Part shown: one piece after another, positions 1 through 6,872 of the stretch
How the letters are laid out: every line of letters begins with the position of its first letter
Position numbering within the stretch: position 1 is the stretch's first letter
Source of the DNA: a virus
Lineage: Duplodnaviria > Caudoviricetes
Length of the DNA: 63,936 bases
IMG/VR virus record: IMGVR_UViG_3300042541_000539
Span: 1-63,936 of that record
Strand: one strand, 5' to 3'
Program-made: the position numbers and the translations under genes
The notes under the pieces: generated by a model
The model's database searches: none
What the model was told of the DNA's origin: nothing
What the model saw: the letters and a program-made list of their open reading frames with translations, nothing else

Positions 1-184
1 GTTTTAATGTTAAACTATTTACTTTTTCAATTGTTTCTTTTACAACCATATCTACATAACCTGTAGTCATCAATGGCATTTTACCGTCGGCTAGTGTTGC
101 TTCAATACCGTTTTTCATACTAGCAGCCACTTCTTTTAATCCTTCAAGAATTAAATACGCTTCAAATCCGTTAAATTTTTTCAT
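1..184 (-). CDS. small early protein spanning the window join (continues at 63936-63923; 65 aa in total)
   Basis: ATG at 184, MKKFNGFEAYLILEGLKE...; open to base 1 and closes as LKQKQK* if the ends are joined. Confidence 0.75.
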   Translation of the reverse strand, partial: MKKFNGFEAYLILEGLKEVAASMKNGIEATLADGKMPLMTTGYVDMVVKETIEKVNSLTLK

Positions 185-185
185 A

Positions 186-434
186 TTAGTATCTTTCTTT
201 AATTTCTGTTAATGACAGGTTATTATGGTTCCACAATCTAGTTTTGCTAAATACGCGCGCCTTCGCACCATAGGATGATTTCATCTTGGTCTTTACTTGT
301 TTATAGTCATCACTATTAAATTTGGCGCATTCGCCATGAGCAACGATTAATGACATCCTATTGGCGCGGTTACGAGCTTTCTTTTCTTCGAGGTATTGAC
401 ATGCCTCTTTCATGTTGTTCGCTATTACTATCAT
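186..434 (-). CDS. hypothetical early protein
   Basis: 82-aa ORF tightly packed in the minus-strand run. Confidence 0.7.
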   Translation of the reverse strand: MIVIANNMKEACQYLEEKKARNRANRMSLIVAHGECAKFNSDDYKQVKTKMKSSYGAKARVFSKTRLWNHNNLSLTEIKERY

Positions 435-435
435 A

Positions 436-615
436 CTACGGTTTGATTATATAAGTTAGACCCTTAAAATTGAACCACTGCGCGATACCGGTTTGATCTT
501 TATCGCTGTTGAATATAAATCCAAAGCTTTGCGGTAGATCGCCGACCGTGTAAGGTGTGTATAGCACGCCGTTGACTTTAATTAGATTGTTCTTTAAGAA
601 TTTAATTTTTTTCAT
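436..615 (-). CDS. hypothetical early protein (start revised to MKKIKF)
   Basis: The track's upstream MIIYM extension lies in the promoter sequence. Confidence 0.7.
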   Translation of the reverse strand: MKKIKFLKNNLIKVNGVLYTPYTVGDLPQSFGFIFNSDKDQTGIAQWFNFKGLTYIIKP

Positions 616-637
616 AGTAGTTGTTTTTAGTTTCATA

Positions 638-672
638 TATATTATCAATTCGCTATCGTGTTTAGATTGTAA
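638..672 (-). promoter_or_regulatory. early promoter motif TTACA-N8-ACGA-N8-TGATAATATA
   Basis: One of 11 fixed-spacing copies upstream of minus-strand genes. Confidence 0.8.
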
Positions 673-680
673 ACACTTTG

Positions 681-754
681 TAGTCAGGACAGGATTCGAA
701 CCTGCATTGATGGCGTCGTATTGCTTCCACCTGTTACCATTACATTACCTGACC
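681..754 (-). ncRNA. tRNA-like RNA with aberrant anticodon arm
   Basis: Acceptor GGTCAGG/CCTGACT, D-loop AATGGTA, T-arm GCAGG-TTCGAAT-CCTGT; the anticodon arm is GGTGG/CCATC with a 13-nt loop. Confidence 0.7.
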
Positions 755-760
755 CCTTAT

Positions 761-988
761 TTAATCTTTAATCTTTACATCCTTCATAAACGTTTCCATA
801 GCCATGTCAGTAACTATTTTAGCTTGAGCACGGTATTCAGTGGTATCAACCATTTCTTTACGCCACGCTAATGCTTCATTAAGTCTAGTGGTATGGTATG
901 TTTGTTCGTCTATAGTACACTTATAATATGGTGTATCAGGGAAACAAGGGTTACAATACTCTACTATTGGGAAATCATAGTACCTCAT
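761..988 (-). CDS. hypothetical early protein
   Basis: 75-aa ORF coupled by ATGA overlap to the upstream gene. Confidence 0.7.
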   Translation of the reverse strand: MRYYDFPIVEYCNPCFPDTPYYKCTIDEQTYHTTRLNEALAWRKEMVDTTEYRAQAKIVTDMAMETFMKDVKIKD

Positions 989-1167
989 ATTGTTGTGTCG
1001 TTATTTACTACATTAAAATCTACATCAAAGAAATCATCGCTATCTAATACTAACTCAGCATTGTTATAGTCATACTTCGCAAATTTAATTGCATCCTCAG
1101 CATTCATTGCTTCAACGGTTACTATTCTAATAAGTGTTTCACACACTTCTACTTTAAACTCTTTCAT
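985..1167 (-). CDS. small acidic protein (DpnD/PcfM-like pattern)
   Basis: FKVEVCETLIRIVTVEA...AELVLDSDDF pattern. Confidence 0.55.
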   Translation of the reverse strand: MKEFKVEVCETLIRIVTVEAMNAEDAIKFAKYDYNNAELVLDSDDFFDVDFNVVNNDTTI

Positions 1168-1185
1168 AATTTACTTTATTAGTTA

Positions 1186-1296
1186 TTAATTTTCATCTTC
1201 GTCGTCGTCAAAATCCGCATGCTCTAAACACTGAGCACATATGCCTGTATCTTCTAACCATTCGCTAGCACCGCAGCAATTACTTTCTAAACTCAT
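1186..1296 (-). CDS. 36-aa Cys-rich putative Zn-binding peptide (not in the ORF track)
   Basis: MSLESNCCGASEWLEDTGICAQCLEHADFDDDEDEN; fills the gap between neighbours. Confidence 0.7.
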   Translation of the reverse strand: MSLESNCCGASEWLEDTGICAQCLEHADFDDDEDEN

Positions 1297-1299
1297 ACT

Positions 1300-1509
1300 T
1301 TACTTTGTTTTATATTGATTATATACTTCATCTACACTTTCGGTAACCCAATAAGTTATAGCCATCGCTCCTCTACAGAATACTTCGGTGCACTCTGTTT
1401 TAACGCCTTGTGTGCTTGTTACTACAGCGCTTTTAACGCTAATAATACTTTCAACGCCTATTAATATAGGTTTACCAGTGTTCAATGTTAATTTTAATAA
1501 CTTTTCCAT
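1300..1509 (-). CDS. hypothetical early protein (FlbD-like pattern)
   Basis: LKLT...GKPILI...WVTESVDEV resembles small FlbD-like beta proteins. Confidence 0.55.
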   Translation of the reverse strand: MEKLLKLTLNTGKPILIGVESIISVKSAVVTSTQGVKTECTEVFCRGAMAITYWVTESVDEVYNQYKTK

Positions 1510-1521
1510 ATACGCTATTTA

Positions 1522-1755
1522 TTAAGTTAATACTATTCTAAACTTTACACCTTGCACATAGAATTCGCCGTATAAAAATCCGTTAGTTGCACTAGTCAAA
1601 GTAATACCGAATTTAGACAACATATCTACAGTATCTCTATTCATATAGCCTTGCAACGATATATCGGTTTGACACACCGAAACATTGTAGAATACATTAA
1701 TATCTAAACCAAACTCACTCACACCTAATAAGGCACTAATTCTATTTTCTATCAT
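1522..1755 (-). CDS. hypothetical early protein
   Basis: 77-aa ORF in the operon. Confidence 0.7.
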   Translation of the reverse strand: MIENRISALLGVSEFGLDINVFYNVSVCQTDISLQGYMNRDTVDMLSKFGITLTSATNGFLYGEFYVQGVKFRIVLT

Positions 1756-1781
1756 TTTACTATTGTTTTAATTGTTATTTG

Positions 1782-1880
1782 TTATCTACTTAAGGCGAAT
1801 GCAGCGTTTTTAGCTCCGATTAAGAACTCTTTTCTCACTCTAAAAAATACCACTCTGAATGCATCGTTAAATCTTCTCAT
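1782..1880 (-). CDS. 32-aa basic peptide
   Basis: MRRFNDAFRVVFFRVRKEFLIGAKNAAFALSR, directly downstream of the promoter at 1913-1947. Confidence 0.55.
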   Translation of the reverse strand: MRRFNDAFRVVFFRVRKEFLIGAKNAAFALSR

Positions 1881-1912
1881 AATTAATTGTATTAGTTTGT
1901 TATTGTTACATT

Positions 1913-1947
1913 TATATTATCATTAGGTAATCGTATTATTGTTGTAA
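1913..1947 (-). promoter_or_regulatory. early promoter motif
   Basis: + strand tatattatca-N8-tcgt-N8-tgtaa. Confidence 0.8.
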
Positions 1948-1987
1948 AGAGATTGCTCTTTGTTTGTATCGAAAATATAGTGAATGG

Positions 1988-2299
1988 TTATAACCCACTC
2001 TGTGGTCTCATAAAGCCAGTTTTTCTTTCATCTTTACGATTTTTATAGTCAAAATGTGCCCAAATCGCTTGATTTACTCGATCTAACTGGGAATTGCCTG
2101 ATAAACAGTGCTTAACGGAGTTATAGAAGTCGGTTAAGTCATGGTCAATGTAGTCAAAGTCCCGTTTGAATAGGTCTAATTCGTCGCCTTGCATGAAATT
2201 TAGACCAACTATCTCATTATCTTCTTTAATAATTAGTATGTAGCGATCGTCGATATCACTCCACACTATTTCTTCACTTTGTACTATTTTATAACTCAT
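1988..2299 (-). CDS. hypothetical early protein (start revised to MSYKIV)
   Basis: The upstream MIIYM extension lies inside the promoter. Confidence 0.7.
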   Translation of the reverse strand: MSYKIVQSEEIVWSDIDDRYILIIKEDNEIVGLNFMQGDELDLFKRDFDYIDHDLTDFYNSVKHCLSGNSQLDRVNQAIWAHFDYKNRKDERKTGFMRPQSGL

Positions 2300-2321
2300 A
2301 TTAGTTGTTTTTAGATTCATA

Positions 2322-2357
2322 TATATTATCATTTTAGTATCGTATTCGTTTTGTAAG
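2322..2357 (-). promoter_or_regulatory. early promoter motif
   Basis: tatattatca-N8-tcgt-N8-tgtaag. Confidence 0.8.
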
Positions 2358-2387
2358 GGTGATGTATAGCATTTTTGAGATAAAAGA

Positions 2388-2431
2388 GTGACATTAGCTA
2401 ATTAAGTAAATAAGTAGTAGGCTAACGTCGC
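2388..2431. repeat. spaced inverted repeat, copy 1 (GTGACATTAGC-N22-GCTAACGTCGC)
   Basis: Related copies at 2523, 4448 and 58410. Confidence 0.85.
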
Positions 2432-2522
2432 ACTATTTGGAGGTGATGTAGGGCGGAGTCTACTCTTCCGACTTTATTGCAGGGTCAGGCCAGTGTATAG
2501 CAAAAAGAAAAGAACATAAAGT

Positions 2523-2565
2523 GTGACACTAGCCTATTAAACTAGAAATAGTAGGCTAATGTCGC
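2523..2565. repeat. spaced inverted repeat, copy 2 (GTGACACTAGC-N21-GCTAATGTCGC)
   Basis: Arms extend to about 16 bp (2521-2536 and 2552-2567). Confidence 0.85.
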
Positions 2566-2578
2566 ACTATTGGATAGA

Positions 2579-2803
2579 CTAATTCAACCGAACTTCGATT
2601 AATCCTTTGATTTCATCGATGTACATGCCATAGTCAGATCCGTCTTGTGTATAGCACGTTAATGATGTGCTTGCAGGATTAGTTAGTAATTCCATTTTGT
2701 TCACGTGTACAGGTCCTAAACGCTTGTGGTAGATCATACGACCGTTACTTAGTTGTTTGTACAATTCTGCTGCATTCGTTGCAGTGTTTTTAATTAGATT
2801 CAT
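2579..2803 (-). CDS. hypothetical early protein
   Basis: 74-aa ORF. Confidence 0.7.
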   Translation of the reverse strand: MNLIKNTATNAAELYKQLSNGRMIYHKRLGPVHVNKMELLTNPASTSLTCYTQDGSDYGMYIDEIKGLIEVRLN

Positions 2804-2813
2804 AGTGTTTATT

Positions 2814-3044
2814 TTATTTGTTATCGTTATATATTAATTGTTGTAATTCACCGGTTAGTTTGACAGTACCTACTGTTTTGCCGAAGTCTTTGACTGTGAT
2901 TGAATCATCAGTTACCGTAATTTGATATTCGGTTGGATCTACTTGGACTGATCGCTGGCCTAAACTATAGCAACCTAAGCCTACTAATGTTACAGCACCG
3001 GTGATCATAATACTTAATGCTACTGCGGTTAAATTTTCTTTCAT
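2814..3044 (-). CDS. small membrane-anchored early protein
   Basis: N-terminal hydrophobic helix LTAVALSIMITGAVTLVGLGC. Confidence 0.7.
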   Translation of the reverse strand: MKENLTAVALSIMITGAVTLVGLGCYSLGQRSVQVDPTEYQITVTDDSITVKDFGKTVGTVKLTGELQQLIYNDNK

Positions 3045-3061
3045 ATTGTTTGTTTTACATT

Positions 3062-3097
3062 TATATTATCATTTGATCGTCGTATTCGTTTTGTAAG
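3062..3097 (-). promoter_or_regulatory. early promoter motif
   Basis: tatattatca-N8-tcgt-N8-tgtaag. Confidence 0.8.
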
Positions 3098-3147
3098 CGT
3101 ATAGCAACGCTAACAATGATTACAGCGTGTTGAGGTTAACCTAAAGC

Positions 3148-3519
3148 CTACTTTTCAGTAGACTCTAGATTTTCAACCTGAGCCAAATGTCTTACGTTAC
3201 TTGGCATATCAGTTGATTGTGACCAGTACTCTCTTTTAATCCAACATGGCATTATAGATAACTTTGGTAACATTACTTTCAAGACTTCATCATGATTGTA
3301 AGTAATTCGTTGATTCTTATTGTTCACGAATGTTATAACTTGATTACGACCTAACCAAGATTTTCTTACTACAAAGTTCGCTCGTTCGATCTTTGGATAG
3401 ATTGCGGCCAAGTCTTCTGGACTTAGTTTAGCGATTGCTTCGGCAATTAATTCTTTAGAAGATTTTACTACTTCTACAACTTCTACTTCTACTACTTTAA
3501 TTTCATTTACTTTTTTCAT
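3148..3519 (-). CDS. hypothetical early protein preceded by tandem promoters
   Basis: 123-aa ORF. Confidence 0.8.
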   Translation of the reverse strand: MKKVNEIKVVEVEVVEVVKSSKELIAEAIAKLSPEDLAAIYPKIERANFVVRKSWLGRNQVITFVNNKNQRITYNHDEVLKVMLPKLSIMPCWIKREYWSQSTDMPSNVRHLAQVENLESTEK

Positions 3520-3557
3520 CTTTATATTATTTAATTAGTTTGTTACTTACTTACATT

Positions 3558-3593
3558 TATATTATCATTTGTACTTCGTATTCTTATTGTAAG
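3558..3593 (-). promoter_or_regulatory. early promoter motif
   Basis: tatattatca-N8-tcgt-N8-tgtaag; overlaps the 32-bp direct repeat 3539-3570/3626-3657. Confidence 0.8.
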
Positions 3594-3644
3594 AACTTTT
3601 ATTTTAATTTGAATTTGTAATTTACTTTGTTACTTACTTACATT

Positions 3645-3680
3645 TATATTATCATTTTCCATTCGTGTCGGTCTTGTAAG
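3645..3680 (-). promoter_or_regulatory. early promoter motif
   Basis: tatattatca-N8-tcgt-N8-tgtaag, followed directly by tgctatacgc. Confidence 0.8.
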
Positions 3681-3769
3681 TGCTATACGCGTTGCTGCTC
3701 GCAAGCTCGCATGCTCCGCCCTGTCAATTCCGTCTAGCAGAGTAATAGTAATCCCGATAAGATGATCAA

Positions 3770-3964
3770 CTACCCCTTAGGGCAGTCAATGTCGATCATG
3801 TTCCAGTAGCCGTGTCCTTGTCTAGTCTTAGACCAGTCACACACCATTGCAATCGAATCATTATTCTCGATGCATTCGTTAGTCCAGTCAGATCCATACT
3901 GTAACCTTGTCTCCTCGATAAGGTCTAGTCTTATCTCCTTTGGTAAATCATTTATTCTTGTCAT
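3770..3964 (-). CDS. hypothetical early protein (first gene of the minus arm)
   Basis: 64 aa; WSKTRQGHGYW resembles a W-x-x-T-x-[EQ]-G-x-x-[YF]-W motif of Bacteroidota phage proteins. Confidence 0.7.
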   Translation of the reverse strand: MTRINDLPKEIRLDLIEETRLQYGSDWTNECIENNDSIAMVCDWSKTRQGHGYWNMIDIDCPKG

Positions 3965-3987
3965 CTTTGGTATATTTTAGATTCATA

Positions 3988-4023
3988 TATATTATCATTA
4001 CTCAGTCGTATTGGTACTGTAAG
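3988..4023 (-). promoter_or_regulatory. early promoter motif
   Basis: tatattatca-N8-tcgt-N8-tgtaag, followed by two tgctatacgc copies. Confidence 0.8.
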
Positions 4024-4549
4024 TGCTATACGCGTATGCTATACGCTTCGCGTTGCTACGCTGCGCTCCGCATTATGTCATGATCATATGCATACACCGC
4101 ACATGCCGTGTCATACCATCATACGAATGCCAAACGATTAGACGTACACATCAGCACAGCACGACCACAGCAGGCAGACCACACACACACCGACCTACAC
4201 CGAAAAGGTAAATCCTTTTTTCATGATCCCATATCCCTTGGGGGACCCGGTCAAACCAAACTCGTTTCCGTTGGGGCGCTACGGTTTCAAAATGTATGTG
4301 GAACCCGTTACTTCTTTATTTGTAATGAACTTTTTTTCACGCACTCCGTTGCTTCTATATTTGTAACAAAAATTTTTCACAACATTTTTTTTAGCGTTCC
4401 GTTATAATAAACATACAACAGTTCATTATAATTTATACACGAGAAAGGTGACATTAGGTAGTTATATATAATAGTAGTAGGCTAACGTCGCGCTGTAAAA
4501 ACCTTTAACTATGCGTAATAATAACCTCTATATATAAATACCTATTATT
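4024..4549. other. divergent non-coding control region (candidate terminus, pac site or origin)
   Basis: Lies between divergent arms; CA-skewed tract, cccttgggggaccc and inverted-repeat copy 3. Confidence 0.5.
4448..4491. repeat. spaced inverted repeat, copy 3 (GTGACATTAGG-N22-GCTAACGTCGC)
   Basis: Just upstream of the first late gene. Confidence 0.85.
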
Positions 4550-4840
4550 ATGAGAATGTCAAATACAAAACCATTAAGAAATACGATGCGTAAATCTCCT
4601 ATGAAGCAAGTAGCTGTTGGCGATACGGGAGTTACGTTAGCCCCTAAAGCTAAGCCTGCGCCTAAGACAGAGACATACGGCGGGTCTAAAGTACCTACTG
4701 TTGAAGTTAAAAAGAAAGCTGGAGAGAGGGTTCCTGCTAAAACCAGCTACACTAAAGCGGAAGCTTTGGTTAAAGCTAAAGCCGGTAAAAAGGGACAATC
4801 ATTCGCTAATAAGTCAACTAAGCCTAAAGCAAAAGTATAG
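4550..4840 (+). CDS. small Lys-rich protein with SPMKQ motif
   Basis: Basic, low-complexity; first gene of the + arm. Confidence 0.7.
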   Translation: MRMSNTKPLRNTMRKSPMKQVAVGDTGVTLAPKAKPAPKTETYGGSKVPTVEVKKKAGERVPAKTSYTKAEALVKAKAGKKGQSFANKSTKPKAKV

Positions 4841-4843
4841 TTC

Positions 4844-5104
4844 ATGGCAACTCAAAGGTTTATGGGCCGCGGCCAACTAATAGATCGGTTAACTGCGCAA
4901 GTAGGCAACAGGGATCTGGCTATTGGTATATTAAAGAAGCAAGGGCAATTAAACGCGGATGGTACATTAACTGAAAGCGGTAAGAAGAGGAATAATATGA
5001 CTGCGGAAGAAAGAGCTAAGAGTAGAGCGTCTAAAGAGACGGGTAAGTCTACTGATAGCTTTACATACAATCCTGCTACAAATAGAACTAAACTAAAAAG
5101 ATAA
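4844..5104 (+). CDS. small basic hypothetical protein
   Basis: 86-aa ORF, tightly packed. Confidence 0.75.
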   Translation: MATQRFMGRGQLIDRLTAQVGNRDLAIGILKKQGQLNADGTLTESGKKRNNMTAEERAKSRASKETGKSTDSFTYNPATNRTKLKR

Positions 5105-5106
5105 CT

Positions 5107-5364
5107 ATGCTTTCACCTTTACTAAAACAACGGTTAACACCTAAGGCTGCTAAAGCAAAAGCGGAGCGAGATTTGGCTTACGCTAAGACGGATGATAGGC
5201 GGATTAAAAAAGCGCACTCACAAAGGATGCATCGTAAAAGCCCTGGCAGTAACGGTAAAGATTATGATCATAAAGATGGTAAGTTTAAAAGCGTTAAGGG
5301 TAACAGGGGTAATGACGGTGAAGGCACAAAGAAAGAGGGTGGTAAAAAATATAAAATAAAATAA
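5107..5364 (+). CDS. small basic protein, possibly a degenerate HNH-like fold
   Basis: GKDYDHKDG...GNRG resembles a phage HNH core; starts MLSPLLKQ. Confidence 0.6.
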   Translation: MLSPLLKQRLTPKAAKAKAERDLAYAKTDDRRIKKAHSQRMHRKSPGSNGKDYDHKDGKFKSVKGNRGNDGEGTKKEGGKKYKIK

Positions 5365-5365
5365 T

Positions 5366-5842
5366 ATGGGATTCAAATTAGCTTCTCAATCACCAATAAA
5401 ACAAGAGATCAAACCAGGTAAGACAAAAGTTAAAACTAATCTGTTTGAAACAGACAAACGTGCGTATGTAGATTCTACATTAACAGCTAATAAAAAATTA
5501 GACTTTGTAAAAAGATTATACAAGCCTAAAAAAGATATAGCTACTCCAGAAGGAAAAGGCAAACCTGGGGATAGAAGCACACACCTAATGTCATACGATC
5601 CTAAAAGTAAAAGAGTATATCCCGAGGTTGTTAATGAAAACAACAAGCTAACTTATAAGGAGGGTGATGCGGCGTACAATTATGCTGATAAAACTAAAGA
5701 ATATATCACATTCCCTACTGCAGAAAAGGCGGCCTGGTTCTCTTCAAATTATAAGCAAGGCACAGGAGTGCTGGATAATACCAAAAGAGCTTTAGCTGAA
5801 AAGAAACCTGCTCCTAATAAGAAAAATAAAAGCAAAAAATAA
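5366..5842 (+). CDS. basic hypothetical protein with MGFKL...SPIKQ leader
   Basis: 158-aa ORF. Confidence 0.75.
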   Translation: MGFKLASQSPIKQEIKPGKTKVKTNLFETDKRAYVDSTLTANKKLDFVKRLYKPKKDIATPEGKGKPGDRSTHLMSYDPKSKRVYPEVVNENNKLTYKEGDAAYNYADKTKEYITFPTAEKAAWFSSNYKQGTGVLDNTKRALAEKKPAPNKKNKSKK

Positions 5843-5843
5843 T

Positions 5844-6158
5844 ATGGCACATAAATGTTCGTGTGGTACAAACGATAAATCCCCGCTTAAAAAAACTGCA
5901 GCTTGGACCCGCAAAGAAGGCAAAGACCCTAAAGGCGGATTAAATGCTAAAGGAGTTGCTTCTTATAGAAAGGCGAATCCGGGCAGTAAACTACAAACGG
6001 CAGTAACTAAAAAACCATCGGAATTAAAAGCAGGTAGCAAAGACGCTAATAGACGTAAATCTTTTTGTGCTAGAATGTCTGGTATGCCAGGTCCTGCAAA
6101 GAAACCAAATGGTGAACCAACAAGAAAAACTCTTGCTCTTCGTAAATGGAATTGTTAA
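5844..6158 (+). CDS. conserved small basic phage protein (DUF6321-like)
   Basis: AWTRKEGKDPKGGLNAKG...RRKSFCARM...LRKWNC, a widespread phage family; family name from memory. Confidence 0.7.
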   Translation: MAHKCSCGTNDKSPLKKTAAWTRKEGKDPKGGLNAKGVASYRKANPGSKLQTAVTKKPSELKAGSKDANRRKSFCARMSGMPGPAKKPNGEPTRKTLALRKWNC

Positions 6159-6173
6159 AAACAAATAATTAAT

Positions 6174-6866
6174 ATGGCAGCAATAAGAAGTTACCCGTTA
6201 GCAGCTCCGTTAATAACGGACACGGTACTAGGGGTACAGTATGTAGAGAATCAAGAACCGGCAACAAAGCAATATAGAATAAGTGAGATTGTAGCATTGG
6301 CAGAAGCAGGTATTGCACCAATTCCGTTTGAACTACCATATAAAGCTTATACTGCTTTAATAACACAAATTGGAGGGAGTGTACCTAATACATGGGGCTC
6401 AGCGTCTGGACCGCTAACGGTAGGTATTACTTATCGAATAGGATCAAATGCTAGTGACTCAACCGATTTTACTAACATAGGTGCTCCAGACAATGTGGTA
6501 GGCACATATTTTGTAGCAACCGGAACTACGCCAACTAGTTGGGGCATTGATGATGCCGGTGAATTAAGTTTTGACGAGGGCGCTCCCACTGTAATAGTAT
6601 TAGAAAACACGCTAGGAGATCTATGGTTCGAATATATAGTGAGTGGCGCGTATGCCGTTAAATCGCTGGATTTATTTACGGACAATATGACAACTATAAG
6701 CATTGACGCATTTGGAGGAAATGGGAACTTAGAGTATTCAATAACTAATAGGACAGAGATTACCACCGACAATATTAGACTAATAACAGCCCGCACTGGA
6801 GAACCCGGCGATGATGTGCTGACAAAAAATAGATTAGAAATAAAGGTATACAAAACCCAAATATAA
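6174..6866 (+). CDS. virion fibre/appendage protein
   Basis: G/T/S-rich beta sequence; N-terminus resembles that of the next gene. Confidence 0.6.
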   Translation: MAAIRSYPLAAPLITDTVLGVQYVENQEPATKQYRISEIVALAEAGIAPIPFELPYKAYTALITQIGGSVPNTWGSASGPLTVGITYRIGSNASDSTDFTNIGAPDNVVGTYFVATGTTPTSWGIDDAGELSFDEGAPTVIVLENTLGDLWFEYIVSGAYAVKSLDLFTDNMTTISIDAFGGNGNLEYSITNRTEITTDNIRLITARTGEPGDDVLTKNRLEIKVYKTQI

Positions 6867-6872
6867 AATAAT

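Noticed and set aside
616-648. MIIYM N-terminal extensions of ORFs 436-648 and 1988-2332
   Set aside because: They come from the promoter sequence (A/T)TGATAATATATATG; the real starts are downstream
638-4023. Repeated motifs read as a CRISPR array
   Set aside because: Irregular spacing, whole genes between copies, degenerate interior, no cas genes
4023-4407. + strand ORFs 4023-4211 and 4108-4407
   Set aside because: Atypical composition, overlap repeated cis-motifs; likely non-coding control region
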